A DNA stretch of 63,973 nucleotides, filler included, from Choristocarpus tenellus KU-1152 (lineage: Eukaryota > Protista > Phaeophyceae), in assembly GCA_964200185.2 (NCBI GenBank). It is 7 parts of 7 records of this genome, joined end to end, with 100 filler letters (N's around TTAATTAATTAA, not from the genome) between each part and the next. Parts side by side here need not be neighbours in the genome. Positions count along the whole stretch, not along the records: positions 5,872 to 24,042 come from CAXNAD020000575.1; positions 24,143 to 47,814 come from CAXNAD020000239.1; 5 more parts are not named here. One strand, written 5' to 3'. This document shows positions 14,401 through 27,340 of the stretch, piece by piece. Numbering within the stretch: the first letter of the stretch is position 1; every line of letters starts with the position of its first letter. The notes below the pieces were generated by a model that did no database searches, had not been told where the DNA came from, and was given only the letters and a program-made list of their open reading frames with translations. Position numbers and translations under genes: made by a program.

Positions 14401-15903
14401 GTACAACATTTTTTCCTGCACGTGTTCTCAATTATTCACTACTACACATTGAATAATGAAGTGTGATTTGTTACCGCCGTCGCTATTTTTAGTATTTTTG
14501 GCAGTTCATTATTTTTATATTTTACACTATTCTGTGGTATATATTATTGCAGTGTTTGAAAATAATACTGCTATTATGCTACTGCCACATACTAATTGGA
14601 AGTATGTACCTTGTACTGAAGTTCTCTATTTACTTTTTCAGTCTTATGCAATAATGATGTTCTCACTTTTGCTCAAAATGTATTAAACATGTAATATATA
14701 GTCACATTTTTTTATGAAGAGACCAAAATGAGGGTGTGGGATTCATCAAGTGGTATCTTCCAGTATCCTGGGGAGTACAGTGTTCAGGAAGCTGTTTCTA
14801 TTCGATATTGGTGTTTCATACAGCACAACTCCAAGCCCCAGATCCCCTTCCCCCATGACCACCGGTTGTCTCTCACATCATAACCCTAACCCAAAAAGTA
14901 TTCCAGCTGACTTAGGGTGCGCCAATTCTGTGTTGTATGTCTCATTGATACACTCTCTGATTTTTGGGGGCGTGACAGACTGCCTTACAGAACAAACCAC
15001 ATTCCACATTGTAACAAACCCCGGGGATTTCGCTTATTTTCCGGTGCTAGGTGGACCTGTCCTCCCTCAAGAGGCACCGGAGCGTGGAAGGCCCTCATGC
15101 CCTGGAGGAGATCTTGAATGGATACAAGCGGCAAATGGCAACCCTCCAGCGAGAGATTGACCAGATGCAACCCAATATGAAGGCAAGTAGTTTGCCATGT
15201 CCTGTGTGGGTTCATGTGTCTGTTCTGCGTAAAACAATTTGAGATGGGGGTTGACTTTGGTCGTTTTAATTTTAAGACCTCTTCCAACCTTCTGTAATAT
15301 ACATATGTAACATAATGTTGATCAAAGGTGCCCTCCACAGTGATCAAAAATGAATGTACCAAAAGGCGTTCATAGGGGCCCTCAAAACTCAAAAAACACT
15401 TACATCACTCTGCAGGTATTGTGTTGTTTCTCATGTGCATAGGCAGGCATTCTGGTATAGAAGTTTTTTAGCTTGCCCTGGTGCCTTTCATCTCTTGTGC
15501 AACGGCTTTTTGTGTGATCACCATGCCCCATGTTTTTCCTTTTTTCTGTACTGTCCCTTTTGCCATTGCTGTGGCAACTTGATCTCTCGAATTTTTACCT
15601 GTTCCATTCGCAATGTACACAACCTTCATGCCCTGAGATCAGGCTGTGGAACGATATGGGGATGTGAGTGACAGACTCAAGGCCTCTGGTCAAAGCTTTG
15701 AGCAGGCAAAGCAGAATGCAATGGAGGCAACTAACAGCTTCAATGAAGCCAAACAAAAGAGGTGACAGGGATATTCTAACTTTTGCTGGTGTGTATTCCC
15801 TGATGAAGCTTAACCCCCATCCCCTCTGGCCCAACCCAGTCTGGCCTGACCCAAGCTGCCCCTGTCTGTACTGTGCTTATCAATGTTCATGAAAAAGTAC
15901 ACT

Positions 15904-15981
<78 letters not shown>

Positions 15982-18382
15982 TTCTCCAGCTTCCCCACCC
16001 CTGACATGTTTGCAATCTCCACAAATACTTCCTGTGCTTTTTCTCTGGTCAGGTATGATGCATTCATGTCTGCGTTTGGACATGTCTCTGAGAACCTCAA
16101 CACCATCTACAAGGTTTGTGAATGATGGAGGTATACATTTACTACTTGCATTGGTACTTGCTCTTGTTGATCGAAGGGTACTCAGGATCAAGGAAAGACT
16201 GTCTAACCAGTACTCTTCTCAAGATATTCTCCCCAACTACCCCATCCACCCACCCCCTGGTCTTACCTGACTTGACTCGGCCCTCAGGACCTGACCCGAA
16301 GTAGCAAGCATCCTCTTGGAGGGAATGCTTATCTCAGTGTGGATGACCAGGAGGAGCCCTACTTGGGAGGGATAAAGTTCAATGCCATGCCACCAATGAA
16401 ACGATTCAGGGACATGGAGCAGCTGTCGGGGGGGGAGAAGACAGTGGCCGCACTTGCTCTATTGTTTGCCATACACAGGCATGCCACGGCAATAGTTGAA
16501 CATCTCCAGCACAAACCTGAAATATGCTTAGTTTTTTACCTTTTTTTTCATTAACATGGCATCAAGACCCATTTTCTAGTTGAAAACGAACAGCAGGCCC
16601 CTCCCCTACTTCACTACTCGGTTGATCACTCTAATCTTCCATCTCTTCCCCCCCAACTTCTACTGCGTGGATATGACAGCTTTAGGCCTGCACCGTTTTT
16701 TGTGATGGATGAAATTGATGCTGCCTTGGACAATATCAATGTCAAGAAAGTGTGCAATTATATACAGCAGCGAAGTGATGAGTTTCAGTCCATCATCATC
16801 TCACTCAAGGTGGGTTTTGACAAGAGTTTAGAGTATAAACGATGGACTCGGTGCAAGATTCACTAGGGTAAAGTTATACTCCTGTTCCCTACTCTAAATT
16901 TGTTAGGTGTTCCCTTTTCAAAGGTCGATTTGAAAGTACTTCAAAGTGCATGTAAGGGTCTTCTTGTTATCTCCGTAATATCTAGATTGAATGTGGTAGT
17001 AGCTTCATAAGTTGTAGCCTTGAAGGTCAAATTGAGTAAGAATATATTAGTTGTGCCAATTGGGGTTATGCATCAGGGAGTTCAACAAACCAAATTCACT
17101 CCGTGTTGTCACACATTCTAGGTCAAACCCACATACACCCACCTACTCAAAGATAGCAGGGCTGCTCACAGGCAACAATAGGAACCTTGATCAAGGGTGA
17201 CTTAAAGTGAGTCACCCAGACATTTGGCATGAATGCCGGAACTATGTCAAGACGATGTCAAGGTTATGGAAGAATAGTAATACTAAAAAGGATGCTGGTG
17301 TTTTGGATCCCAACCTAGGCCCTGCACGAAGGTCAACGTCTTTTTGGGCACTATGGTTATTCCAATCCTTGATATTGCTGATGCATTCATATCAAACACC
17401 TTGGCAATTCCCTCGAATACTTCCTTGATGAAGGAGCAAGCTGCTTTTTGCAGCTGCCCTCCGCTTCCAATCTTGGTTCTTATGTCAATCTCAGGTATCT
17501 TCTTGTTGGGGTACATGATCACTGAGTGACCAGAAAGCCTCTGACTAAGGATTTCAACCGTGGTCTTGGTTTACATCTTCTTTTCTTGCCATATGCCCTC
17601 ATTGCCCTGCATTGCACATATTTCTTTTTTCATTCTCTCCTATTATATTTTTCTTCACGTAAGTCTGGGGCTATCCCAACCTGTGGTCAGGGTAATCAAA
17701 ACCAACTTTCCATGAAAAGAAGTCTAGAATCAATGAGGTTCGAAACCATGAAGTTCAAACAGAAACTAGCCTCCTTGACCAATGAGCACTCATACTGCCT
17801 TTTTATAACTACCTTTTAACTACGGCTCTGGAACCCCTCAAGATTAATGTGAATAATAAATAACACGTATGGCAGATGAACTTGTTATTTGAATCGAACA
17901 ATCAAGTTGCACTATTCACAATGGTGAAATTGCCAATAGAGATTAAGGTCAGGGTATGCCTGAAGTATCTAAATCAACCTCAGGTAGCACCTGCGACTAT
18001 GTGTGTGTTGGGTCATGTCTGAGTGTCTACCCTTCCCATCCTTGGCATCTTTGGTTGTATATACTGACAATGATGCACTCTACTACAGCGGTCAATCAAT
18101 CAAAACATGTGTATCCGACTACTTCTCTGCCAATTTTGCTGAGAAATCCTTACAGAAGAGCAGCACCATTATAGTTCCCACCACTTTTGATCTTTGTGTA
18201 AGGGTCACATTTACAACCGCTTACCATCGGCAGCTGATTCATTTGTGTCTCCTCCCCCTGTGTTGTTGATGCAGGACATGTTCTATGAGAAGGCTGACGC
18301 CCTTGTGGGAATCTGCCGTGACAAGGCCACCAACAGCTCACGCACACTAACCCTAGACCTCGAAGCTATAGCCAATTCCTAG
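6318..18382 (+). CDS. SMC1: Structural maintenance of chromosomes 1 (cohesin), 3' half from hinge to C-terminal ATPase head; 5' part absent. Exons: 6318-6469, 6943-7078, 8037-8228, 8667-8798, 9308-9403, 10333-10461, 10993-11124, 12040-12156, 13115-13378, 14183-14311, 15051-15182, 15643-15761, 16053-16113, 16288-16478, 16680-16809, 18275-18382
   Basis: Spliced translation gives the hinge ([34 protein letters not shown]; [16 protein letters not shown]; [17 protein letters not shown]), PNMKA, the SMC1 hallmark [31 protein letters not shown], Walker B/D-loop [12 protein letters not shown] and [18 protein letters not shown]. All exon phases join in frame to TAG at 18380-18382. Confidence 0.96.
8882..8918. 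repeat. (TG)n microsatellite in SMC1 intron
   Basis: Direct reading. Confidence 0.95.
11400..11440. repeat. (TAG)n microsatellite in SMC1 intron
   Basis: Direct reading. Confidence 0.95.
15909..15980. repeat. (CA)n microsatellite in SMC1 intron
   Basis: Direct reading. Confidence 0.95.
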
Positions 18383-21273
18383 AAATGGTATCTTCATAGT
18401 ATATGGGGATGAATGAAGGAGAGTATAGTAAGCAGGCTGATGAGGGGAGGAGGGAGAGATCTTGTGATAATACACACAGCAGGATACTCCAATCCATTGC
18501 TAAATGGTGGTATTGGGGTGTATTGCAGTTGAAGCAGATGAAATATACATTCATTTAAAACATCAATTGGGATGGGCAGATTTGCTACAGTAGCCTCCGT
18601 GATAAGGAAGGCCCCTTAGACATCAGAATTGTCACTCTCAAGGATGATCGAATCGTCTTGTCAGTGGTATGTTCATTGTCTTATGGTGAAGGCGGGGGCT
18701 ACCTATTGCTGTGTAGTGTTATGTAGCACTTGGGTATGGAATTGTTAGGTATACTTGAAAAGTACGTACCTCATATTACTGTGTTTCACTGTGTTTATTA
18801 CCATGCTTGCTCTGCAGGGGCTTGCTTATGTTTGTGTTCTACTCAACACTTAGTTCTTAGGTAGATGTGTATTGTCTTGCTCAGTCCTGTCATAGATATA
18901 TTTGCTCAACCCTACTTCTGCCTTTGGTCTTTAAACTTGTACCACAATCTCCTACTCCTGGTAGTAGTAATGTGACACGAGGCCATGCAGATGTCACTTG
19001 TAACCTCAGTGTGTTGCCTCTTGTGAATAGTGGGAATGTTCAGTTAAGTTTTTTGCACAGCTCTTCATAGTATAACTCAATCTTCGTATGGTAGTTACTG
19101 GATATCACTCCCAAAAGATGCCTACACTGGAGAGGAATAAATCTCGGGTTGGGTTTATTGAATGCTGGGCCCAAGCATGAGGTTACATGTAAAGAACCTA
19201 CCGAAGGCAAAAGTGGCAAGCACAACAAGCAGTACAAAAGGATATTAACACACCTAATACAGTGCGTAACCAGTAACACCCCCACCACCCCGAAAATATT
19301 ATCACGATTAAAAACATCATACCAAATACTCAGCAGTAGGTAGCTCTCATAAACAATTGCACATTACGTAAGTACTTGTTTGTTGGGACAATTAGGTACG
19401 AATCCCACTTTCTGGGACATTGAGCAGGGGCATCACTGCACTGGGAATAACGAGTGGAAACAGAGAGGTGAATAGTGCCAAGCTGGTAACAAGCATCAGT
19501 TGCTGAGGGTAATGAGTAAACCAAGTCAAAATATCCCTAGGGGATAATCACCTGCCCCATTTGGGTAGCAATGTGAAAAGGTGAAGGGATTGTGCAATGT
19601 ATGATTCAACAAGTGCAACTACCCAGCCAGTTATGTATGGATGGCAGGTATATTTGGGGGGCCCTAGAATCACATGTATATAGAGAGCACAGGCAAAACT
19701 CAAAACAATGCTCTACACCACACCAATCAACCAATCCCTTCATAAGCTCTGCTCCGGTTCACAATAAATAAAGTCGTAGTAGTCTCCTACATTGTTACTA
19801 AAAATAAATAGTATCAACAAAACTGATGATTCCTCTATTTCATGATCAACTAGTAGTCAAGAGACTTAGGCATTCTTTTCATGTTCCTAGTGAAAATATC
19901 CTATCATCGATTCTTCCTAGCCACTCCAAAAATTTTATTGAAAGTACAAAACCTTCTCATCATTAACTCCTCCAGGTCAATGGCTTCACTGAATTGTTTC
20001 ATCAACACAGTGAAACAATTCGAGGGTTACAACTTCAGCACTTGGCTTTACACATATCCCCTCACCATGAATAATCAAGGCTCTCGCTTGTACAAAATTC
20101 AACGAGTCTTCACGAGGAGGCTGCCCCGTTATTTGTTGTTGTATAGTGAAGGGATGCTTCTACTTTGAAAAATGTTATTTCAGCTCCTGCCTGACACCGC
20201 CAAAAAAAAGTTCAAGAAACAAATGATGACCAACACGATAATAGTGTACCTGAGGTTGAAGGTACCATTTTCGACACAAGACCTTGCAACAAACTGCCCA
20301 CCACAAATCAATAATGGGTATGGAGAAGCTATGTAGCACACTGCTCAACTCAATGCATCGAGAAATTTTGCAATTTGCAAATTTCCTAGTCTCTCCTGAA
20401 AGTAAGAGCAAACCCTACCATTTCACAACCAAGATGTTGACATGCAAAATCGGTTGTGCTCATGCCTTGGAAAGGAAATACATACACCTTTGTGAGAAGA
20501 AAGGAGAGCAAAATAAGGAAAAGTAGCTGCACAGCCATAACAACAATAATACTTGCATACAAAGCACAAAAAAGAGAAATTCTTCTGGGACGCACCCCAC
20601 CTCTGTAACACAAAACTTCACATTCACATCAAGACAGAACTTTGTGGTGGTTGACTCACCTAAAAGGACTACTCATGCACAGTGCATCGATATTGTGAAT
20701 AGCAAGCACTGTAAGGTACAACAAAATCCCAGGAAATTCTGCTGTCCTATATTATAAAGTGTAACCCAGGAGTCTCCACTTGATGGAAGAACACCAACAG
20801 AACATGCCTTGAAGTAGCTCAACAGAGTTTGTACTATAAATTCAAGACATTACAATAGTCTAAAGACACTGCTCTACCTCTTATCCCCCAGCTGTTCAGC
20901 CTAGGGAACAAACACTGAGATTGCAGCATAGAACTCTACCGCTTTATTGCAACCACACCAAACGCCTCCTTGTCAACTTTGCACTCTTGAAATCCGGCCT
21001 CACGAAGGCGCTCCAACACACCCTGGAACAGTCTACCTCCTTCCCTGTTCAAGGAATCCGTGTTTCTTCATTAAATAATACACATTTGAGCATTTTGTTC
21101 GTCTTGTCTTGTAAAGACCCACCACAACAGGCAGCAAACCCAACCACAAGACATCAGCGACCATACCAAGTCCAGTGCAAAGAACAGCAGTGCCAATTTC
21201 AAGAAATGAAGAAGAAAAGAGGGCAAAGCAAGGAATATAACCACTCAAGGAAGAAATGACCATGGGAGAAAGA

Positions 21274-21554
21274 TGTTCGATTAGATTCTTCCAACTCTAT
21301 CGGGCAGTTACGGTAAAATATGTATGGAGTAAAGGAACAATCAATTAGTGGTTGAGTTATCAGAACCTTTTACTAGTGATTAGGTGCATGAGAAAAAAGT
21401 CTCATATAAAAGGAAGTATTTCTGATTTTATGGGGTGCTGCATGCCCCACTTAACTTTAATCAATCACTCTACAGACACCAAGCAATCTCACTGGGTTTA
21501 TCACCTATCCTCTTTGATGATTTGGGAGATACTTTAACACAATATATTGAACCA
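21274..21554 (+). mobile_element. 5' LTR of Ty1/Copia element
   Basis: TG...CA ends with short terminal inverted repeat (TGTTCGAT / ATTGAACCA). A homologous copy lies in reverse orientation at 63699-63971. Followed by a PBS-like sequence and gag. Confidence 0.85.
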
Positions 21555-24042
21555 TAGGTTTCTAACCCATCATTTCATCACGCCTACACGAGGAGATGCG
21601 ATTCAAGAATTGCGGGAAACTGTTCCTTCTGAGGACCCATCTGTCCAAGAATTCAGACAGCTTATGGCAATAGTAGCGGAGTTGTCAAGAAACGTTGGCA
21701 ATCTCATAGTTCATTCTGAAAGAGTCGGTGACGGAAATCATCCCATCGTCCAGGCCGCTGTGCCCAGTACACGGCCTCCAGCTGGGCACATACCAGTCGA
21801 AGTGGGTCTCCTATGGAACCCATGTTGAGGGAAAATTCCCAGAGAGGGGAAACAGTTTGGATGCTGTGAGTATCAGAAGTGGGGCGAGCCGGAGGTCCGG
21901 TTCTTCGGAGAGCTTGGGGTCAGGCACACATATTGTTCGCCCTACAACAAAGAGACCAAGAACCCAACCACTGAAACTATTGGATGACTCGGACTACCGG
22001 GACTGGCGGAGGCATTTCATCGTGCATTGCAGATATACCCACTGCTTGGGTGCGTTGACAAGTGAAAGACCAGTCAATCAAGAACGCTCCTACAAGGAAC
22101 TTCTCTTCGACGGCTTCAGTGCGAATGATATCTGGATGGCCGAAGAGGCCTACCATGCACTTACTGTTGCTCTTGTCGCACCCACCACCAGGGCACTGTG
22201 CTATAGACACCAAAGCCCAAGTGAGCTTTTCCGAGCAATAGATGATTGGTTCATGCCTAATACAGTGGGTAATTGCCAACATTTGTTCCGTGAGTTTTTC
22301 ACTTCAAAGGTAGAGAAGGGGGCGAATCCGATCCTGACCTTAAACCACCTGGAAGAGCGACGGGGGAGGATGCTATCAATGGACCTGGTCATCTCGGACA
22401 AGCTGCTGCTCCTACAGTTCCTGAGCGCTCTCGGATCAGATTACGATACCGAGATACGCATGATGGCCTTGTAGAGAACACTGCTAGAGAGCGATATGCT
22501 TCCCTTCATCAGGGGAAGGACTCAAGACACAAGAACAGCCATACTTTGGCTGTTAACAGCTCATTACAAGGGAAGAGTCAGTCTCATCGCAACGGCCAAG
22601 GTCGCGGCGTTGAAAATAATTTCATGGTGGAAGAAAGAAAAATGGTTCTAATTCCAACCCAAAACGTTCCGAGAAGAATCCTTGTGAGAGATGCGGAAAG
22701 CATGGACACGAGAAGACAGCTTGCCCAAACCACATTTGCACCAAGTGTGGTGGACGTGCCCATGATGCTACAACATGCACTTGGGTGTTCTTGACTACGG
22801 TGCAGTCTGGGAAGGAAGAGATCGAGACCAAGGCAAATCCTTCCCACATTACTGTGGAAAGTATCACCAGCTGTGGCGACAACGAGCGATACGCACTACT
22901 GGCCGCCACTGAGAACTCTCCGAGCAGCAATGCTCCAGGCAAGTGTGGGGAGAACGAATGTTTGGTGTCAAGTGTTGGGGTTGGCCGCGAGAAAGAAGAA
23001 TGGATTTTAGACAGTGCAGCTTCATGTCACATGGCAAATATTATAACACACATGACAAATTACAAGCGTTGTGTTGGAGACAAAAGGGTAGTCACTGCCA
23101 GCCAAAATTCCTTTTGCATCGCTGGTCATGGTGATCTAACCATCTTCCTTCCATCCCATGACAACAAGGAGGTAGAGATACTCCTTCAAAATGTCGCCCA
23201 TAGCCCCAATCTTGGATTAAATATTTTTGCTTGCCAAACAGCTGATAAGGGTGTGAAAGGCATTTTCACAGCCAGTACATTCTCGTTGTTAGATGGAATA
23301 CTTATCTTCACAAGAGATCCCAGTTGCCATTACACCCTCCATGGTCAACGCATATTGCTGTGACCAGGTCAAAATGCTGAAGTTGCTTTAAAGGCCACTA
23401 TAGCCCCCTAGCTTGCACCCCACGCTCCCCACACCAAGGTTGACATTAACCTCTTCCACCGCTCTTATGGTCATGCACACGAGGCATTGCTCAAGTCCAC
23501 CGCCACTTCAATGGGCATTACATTGATGGGTGAGCTGGAGCCATGTGTAGGCTGCTCTATGAGCAAGGGCATATGGAAGGGCATCCGACCAGCATGTCTT
23601 CAAGGGCGGTAAGAAAGCTGGATCAGGTTTTTGTAGACCTAAGTGGTAAGAGGGCTACCCTTTCAATCAGTGGTTAACAGTACATCATGATAATCCGGGA
23701 CGATTATTCTCGTTTTGTTTAGTTTTATTTCATTTGTGCTAAGTCGGATGCTGCCGAAGCCTTCAAGAAGTACCTGGCCGATATCCGAGCTGATAACGGG
23801 GGGGAATTTTATGAGGGTGCTTTCAGCGCTCTTTGTTGCGATCATGGGATAAGATAGGAGTTCAAACCTGCAGACAGCCCTCAATTTAATGGGGTTGCTG
23901 AACGAATGCTGGGTATTATTGATGAAGCTTCATAGCTGCCCGCCTTCAAGCTCCACTACTTTTTCCCGCATGCCACTATCCCCAAGACAGACTCCCTTTG
24001 GGCTGAAGCTCAATACTATGTTTGAGACTCACTCAATCGCAC
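21547..24042 (+). pseudogene. Degenerate Ty1/Copia gag-protease-integrase polyprotein, truncated by contig end
   Basis: Gag-like ORFs; two zinc knuckles (CERCGKHGHEKTAC, CTKCGGRAHDATTC, ~22683-22778); protease WILDSAASCHM; pre-integrase HRSYGH...CVGC; integrase VFVDLSG, RDDYSR, RADNGGEF, PQFNGVAER. Several stops and frameshifts. Protease-before-integrase order indicates Copia. Confidence 0.92.
21557..21571 (+). promoter_or_regulatory. Putative primer-binding site complementary to the tRNA-Ser(AGA) anticodon arm
   Basis: GGTTTCTAACCCATC, 2 nt after the LTR. Its reverse complement GATGGG-TTAGAAA-CC reads as anticodon stem, loop with AGA, and the first two nt of the 3' stem. Confidence 0.55.
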
Positions 24043-24142
24043 NNNNNNNNNNNNNNNNNNNNNNNNNNNNNNNNNNNNNNNNNNNNTTAATTAATTAANN
24101 NNNNNNNNNNNNNNNNNNNNNNNNNNNNNNNNNNNNNNNNNN
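24043..24142. other. Artificial contig spacer
   Basis: N44-TTAATTAATTAA-N44. Confidence 0.98.
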
Positions 24143-24186
24143 CCTCAGAGCTCACCTCCACAGGATATGCAACTCAAATCCAACGA

Positions 24187-24370
24187 GGCTCAAAGTATCT
24201 GGTGGAGGGGGGGTTGCGGCTGTCCATTTAAGGTCATTTTTTTCATTTCGCGAATTTGGGGTGATTTGGTTTCATACGTCAGATGGATAATGTAAATACA
24301 CTTTTCCTGATTTTGGCCCAAATGGACACCCTGGTGTAGCCCCCCCCTCCTCCCACAGATACTTTGGGTC
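24187..24370. mobile_element. MITE (PIF/Harbinger- or Tourist-like), 184 bp
   Basis: TIRs GGCTCAAAGTATCTG / CAGATACTTTGGGTC with internal G-run and C-run; 3-bp TSD CGA on both sides. Confidence 0.8.
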
Positions 24371-24795
24371 CGACCTTAAAACAACGCTACGTGGGGGTCC
24401 ACAGATGATAACCACGTACGGTGTCAGTTGATGTTTAGCTCAGTCAATGTCTCGCTTTTCGCTTTGTCAAAAGAGGTAAATATCAAAAGAGCTGAGGGCG
24501 TGATGATCCGCATCAGCCTTTTATTAACATCACTCACCATTTTTCTACAGCCAAAGAGTTAAATGAAGTCTGCAAACTGCTAAGTAGATACTTCAATAAT
24601 AAATCTTTATTCTGCAACTTTCAGGAATTGACATATTCTTTAAGATTATGTTTGCATTTCAAATCTTACTCTGCATCTTGCATTTCTATCAATCCAAACT
24701 TACTCCTACAAGAATTCTTAAGTATGTATACTGTTCGCGCATTTTGGCACGCAGAAAGAAATGCTCGCGTTATTCGCCTGTAACAGTTCCACTAC

Positions 24796-26343
24796 CTGTT
24801 ACATGGCCATTTCGCAGGCTCAGCTTGGCGATGCTGTTCCAGCGTTCATTGCGCTCCGTGTGGACGAATGTGCCGGAACAAACACTGTGCTGCCCGAATG
24901 GCCTTAGGATCTGTTGAAGCTTCAAGCTCGGGGAAACTACATTGATCAAGTAAGACCTGTTGAACAGAGTAGCGATGTCTCGTACCCACAACCAATGTCA
25001 GAAGGGTGTCATTTTTGATATTCCATTTCGGAGATCTCGACTACTGGTCTGGTGATTACAGTTTTTTTTGGAGAAAAGAAGATTTACCACTTATATTCTG
25101 TAAATCACGCTGAGAATTTGGTTAGTACGGTTCTTCATCCTATGAAACGATTGAAGCTATTGCGTAGATTTTTTCCCAAAAATTCTTCACGAACCAACCA
25201 ACCCATTATATTTTACAAATTGGCTGATACGATAGAATGGTGTTCAACAAGTGATTTGTCCAGATTGCAATCGTCCCTTGACATACCTGTCCCTATAATC
25301 CCTCCAAAGACGTGGGAAGATGTGTAGAAGGCCTTGATTAACGCGTTTACTCCCGCCCATGCTGTAACTGTATCGACCCGTAGACTAACATTCTTGAAAC
25401 AGGAAGAGACTGAGTCTGTCAATGAATGTATCCTGAGATTCATGGAGGAAACAGCCTACTTATCCACTGACGTATGAGGTATGAGGACGCTCTACATGGG
25501 TATCCCTCGTCGGAGTTGAAGACTTAGACCGTTCACCTTCGACCTCCAAAAAAGGCCCCCAACATCTTGCAGATCTGGGCGTTGGACTAGCACTACAAAC
25601 AGATTGACGAGTTTGTTTACCTTAGAAGTACAATCAGCGATGAAGCAGATATCGCTGCGGAGACCAGTCGAAGAGTCTTAAAAAGTTTGGAGTTGTTTTC
25701 GCAAGTACAGCCAAGTGCTTTATGGACGCAAACGGTGGATCCCTTGAGGTTAGGAGTAGAATGCTCGAGGCCGAAGTAGGTGAGGTTCGATTATATGGTT
25801 GTATGACATGGATACTCCTCCAGGTCCACTTAATGAAGCTTTGCACCCTCCACCACATTGGATTTCGAACACGGGAATGCACCTATACAAAAACACCCTT
25901 GTGAAGATTGCGTATGAGAGTATCGGGATGACCTTGCGAAAACGGATACACTATTATTCACGGGGTGAACGACATGCATGGGGAACGAGCGACTTTAAAG
26001 GAGTTGGTGTTTAGGAAGCTTGCAGATAAAAATTGGAAATACAATCGACAGGATAGGTACTGGTGGATGTGCCTGCACGACGGAAGTTTAGGATTACGGT
26101 TGAGTGATGGAGCATGCCAAGAAACCTTCACAGGTGGTATGAGTGTGTTGAGGGCATATTAAAGTGCTACGAATAAATGTCACCTTTCACAGCATTTCTC
26201 CTTCTCATGTTGGTAAATTTTTTTGTCACTTTTTCGATGAGTAGTTTCTTGGATTGAATGGACCCGGTGCGACTGTTTTCTTGCATGGCCTCCACGCCCT
26301 CTGACAAATTTGCTGTCAGAGAGTACCAATTTTTTCAAAATAT
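24796..26343 (-). CDS. Possible fragment of an unknown gene (candidate exons 26343-26184 and 24956-24796)
   Basis: Two open segments bounded by AG/GT join in phase 2 (...EKCCE-R-SYLINVV...). No recognisable homology, start or stop. Confidence 0.2.
25290..25475 (+). pseudogene. Retrotransposon gag (capsid) remnant
   Basis: KTWEDV*KALINAF...LTFLKQEETESVNECILRF resembles the major homology region of Ty3/Gypsy gag; internal stop. Confidence 0.55.
25560..26160 (+). mobile_element. Degenerate non-LTR (LINE, RTE-like) reverse transcriptase 3' remnant
   Basis: RMLEAEVGEVRLYGCMTWILL, YKNTLVKIAYESIGMTLRKR and MGNERL..LVFRKL lie in shifting frames, typical of the post-RT region of brown-algal LINEs. 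Confidence 0.7.
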
Positions 26344-27340
26344 CTACTTGTTCCCACCAGAACACTATACATAATGCACTAATGGTGGTACCTCCCTTAC
26401 CTCATCATTACTTCTAATGCTCCACGTGTCTGAACAGGTACACGATAATAAGCACTACTCTCTTTCATGCGCATTTCCCATTCCCTGCGACATTGTGGAG
26501 GATAGAGCGGACGATATTTATCAAAGGTGATAAAAAAGTGAAAAAAAATTCATATCAGCAACCTAAGTTAGGATCACCACCCAAGGTTACTCGTCCATGA
26601 TGGGCAGTACTCTATAAAATACTCATTGTACCCAAAAGGAAACAAATTCATCCCTTTGACACCAGAGACAATATTGTGCAGGTCTTTAAATGGATGAACC
26701 TCTAATGTGGGAACAATGTCGGGAAAAGGTGATTGAGAGTCCGGAAAACCACAAGTTTGAAGGTATTGACCACCGTGAAGGTTCATCTGATGAGGATAAT
26801 TCAATTCTCCAGAATTGCTCTTGTGGAAACAAGCGAGAAGAGAGTCCTGATTCTCCCAACCAAAACAAAAGATACTCCATCACAATCAGTACTTAAATCC
26901 AACCCTAACCTTACCCCTAACTAACCCCGGCAGATGGGAGAAAAAACGAGGAAAAATATGAGTCAAACGGTTAGCAACAGACTGTAAGAGTACAGGAGGT
27001 ACAATGGATGATGTGATATTTGCATACTGCTACTATGACAACAGTAAGAACTTCTTAGTACAAAGTCTCTGTCTCAGTAGAAGCATTGAGCCAGTACCAT
27101 TCACTCACCATGCAGGCTCCCCCAACTTCTCTAGTGTTGCCACCATTCTAATTGCTACCATCAGAAGCAGTCAATATGTGCAGTATAGAGAGAGTCGACT
27201 GAAACAAACAAAACAATCACACACATACATATGTCTACCTTGGCAATAACAACAATAAAGTATTATTCTGATTGGGTGATGAGCACATGATATTTTAGAC
27301 ATTTTATTGGAGAGGTGGTGATTGCCAGCCTGCCTGGCGG

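Noticed and set aside
19880-21260. Coding-like fragments upstream of the Copia LTR
   Set aside because: Frequent stops, no identifiable domain, no convincing splice chain.
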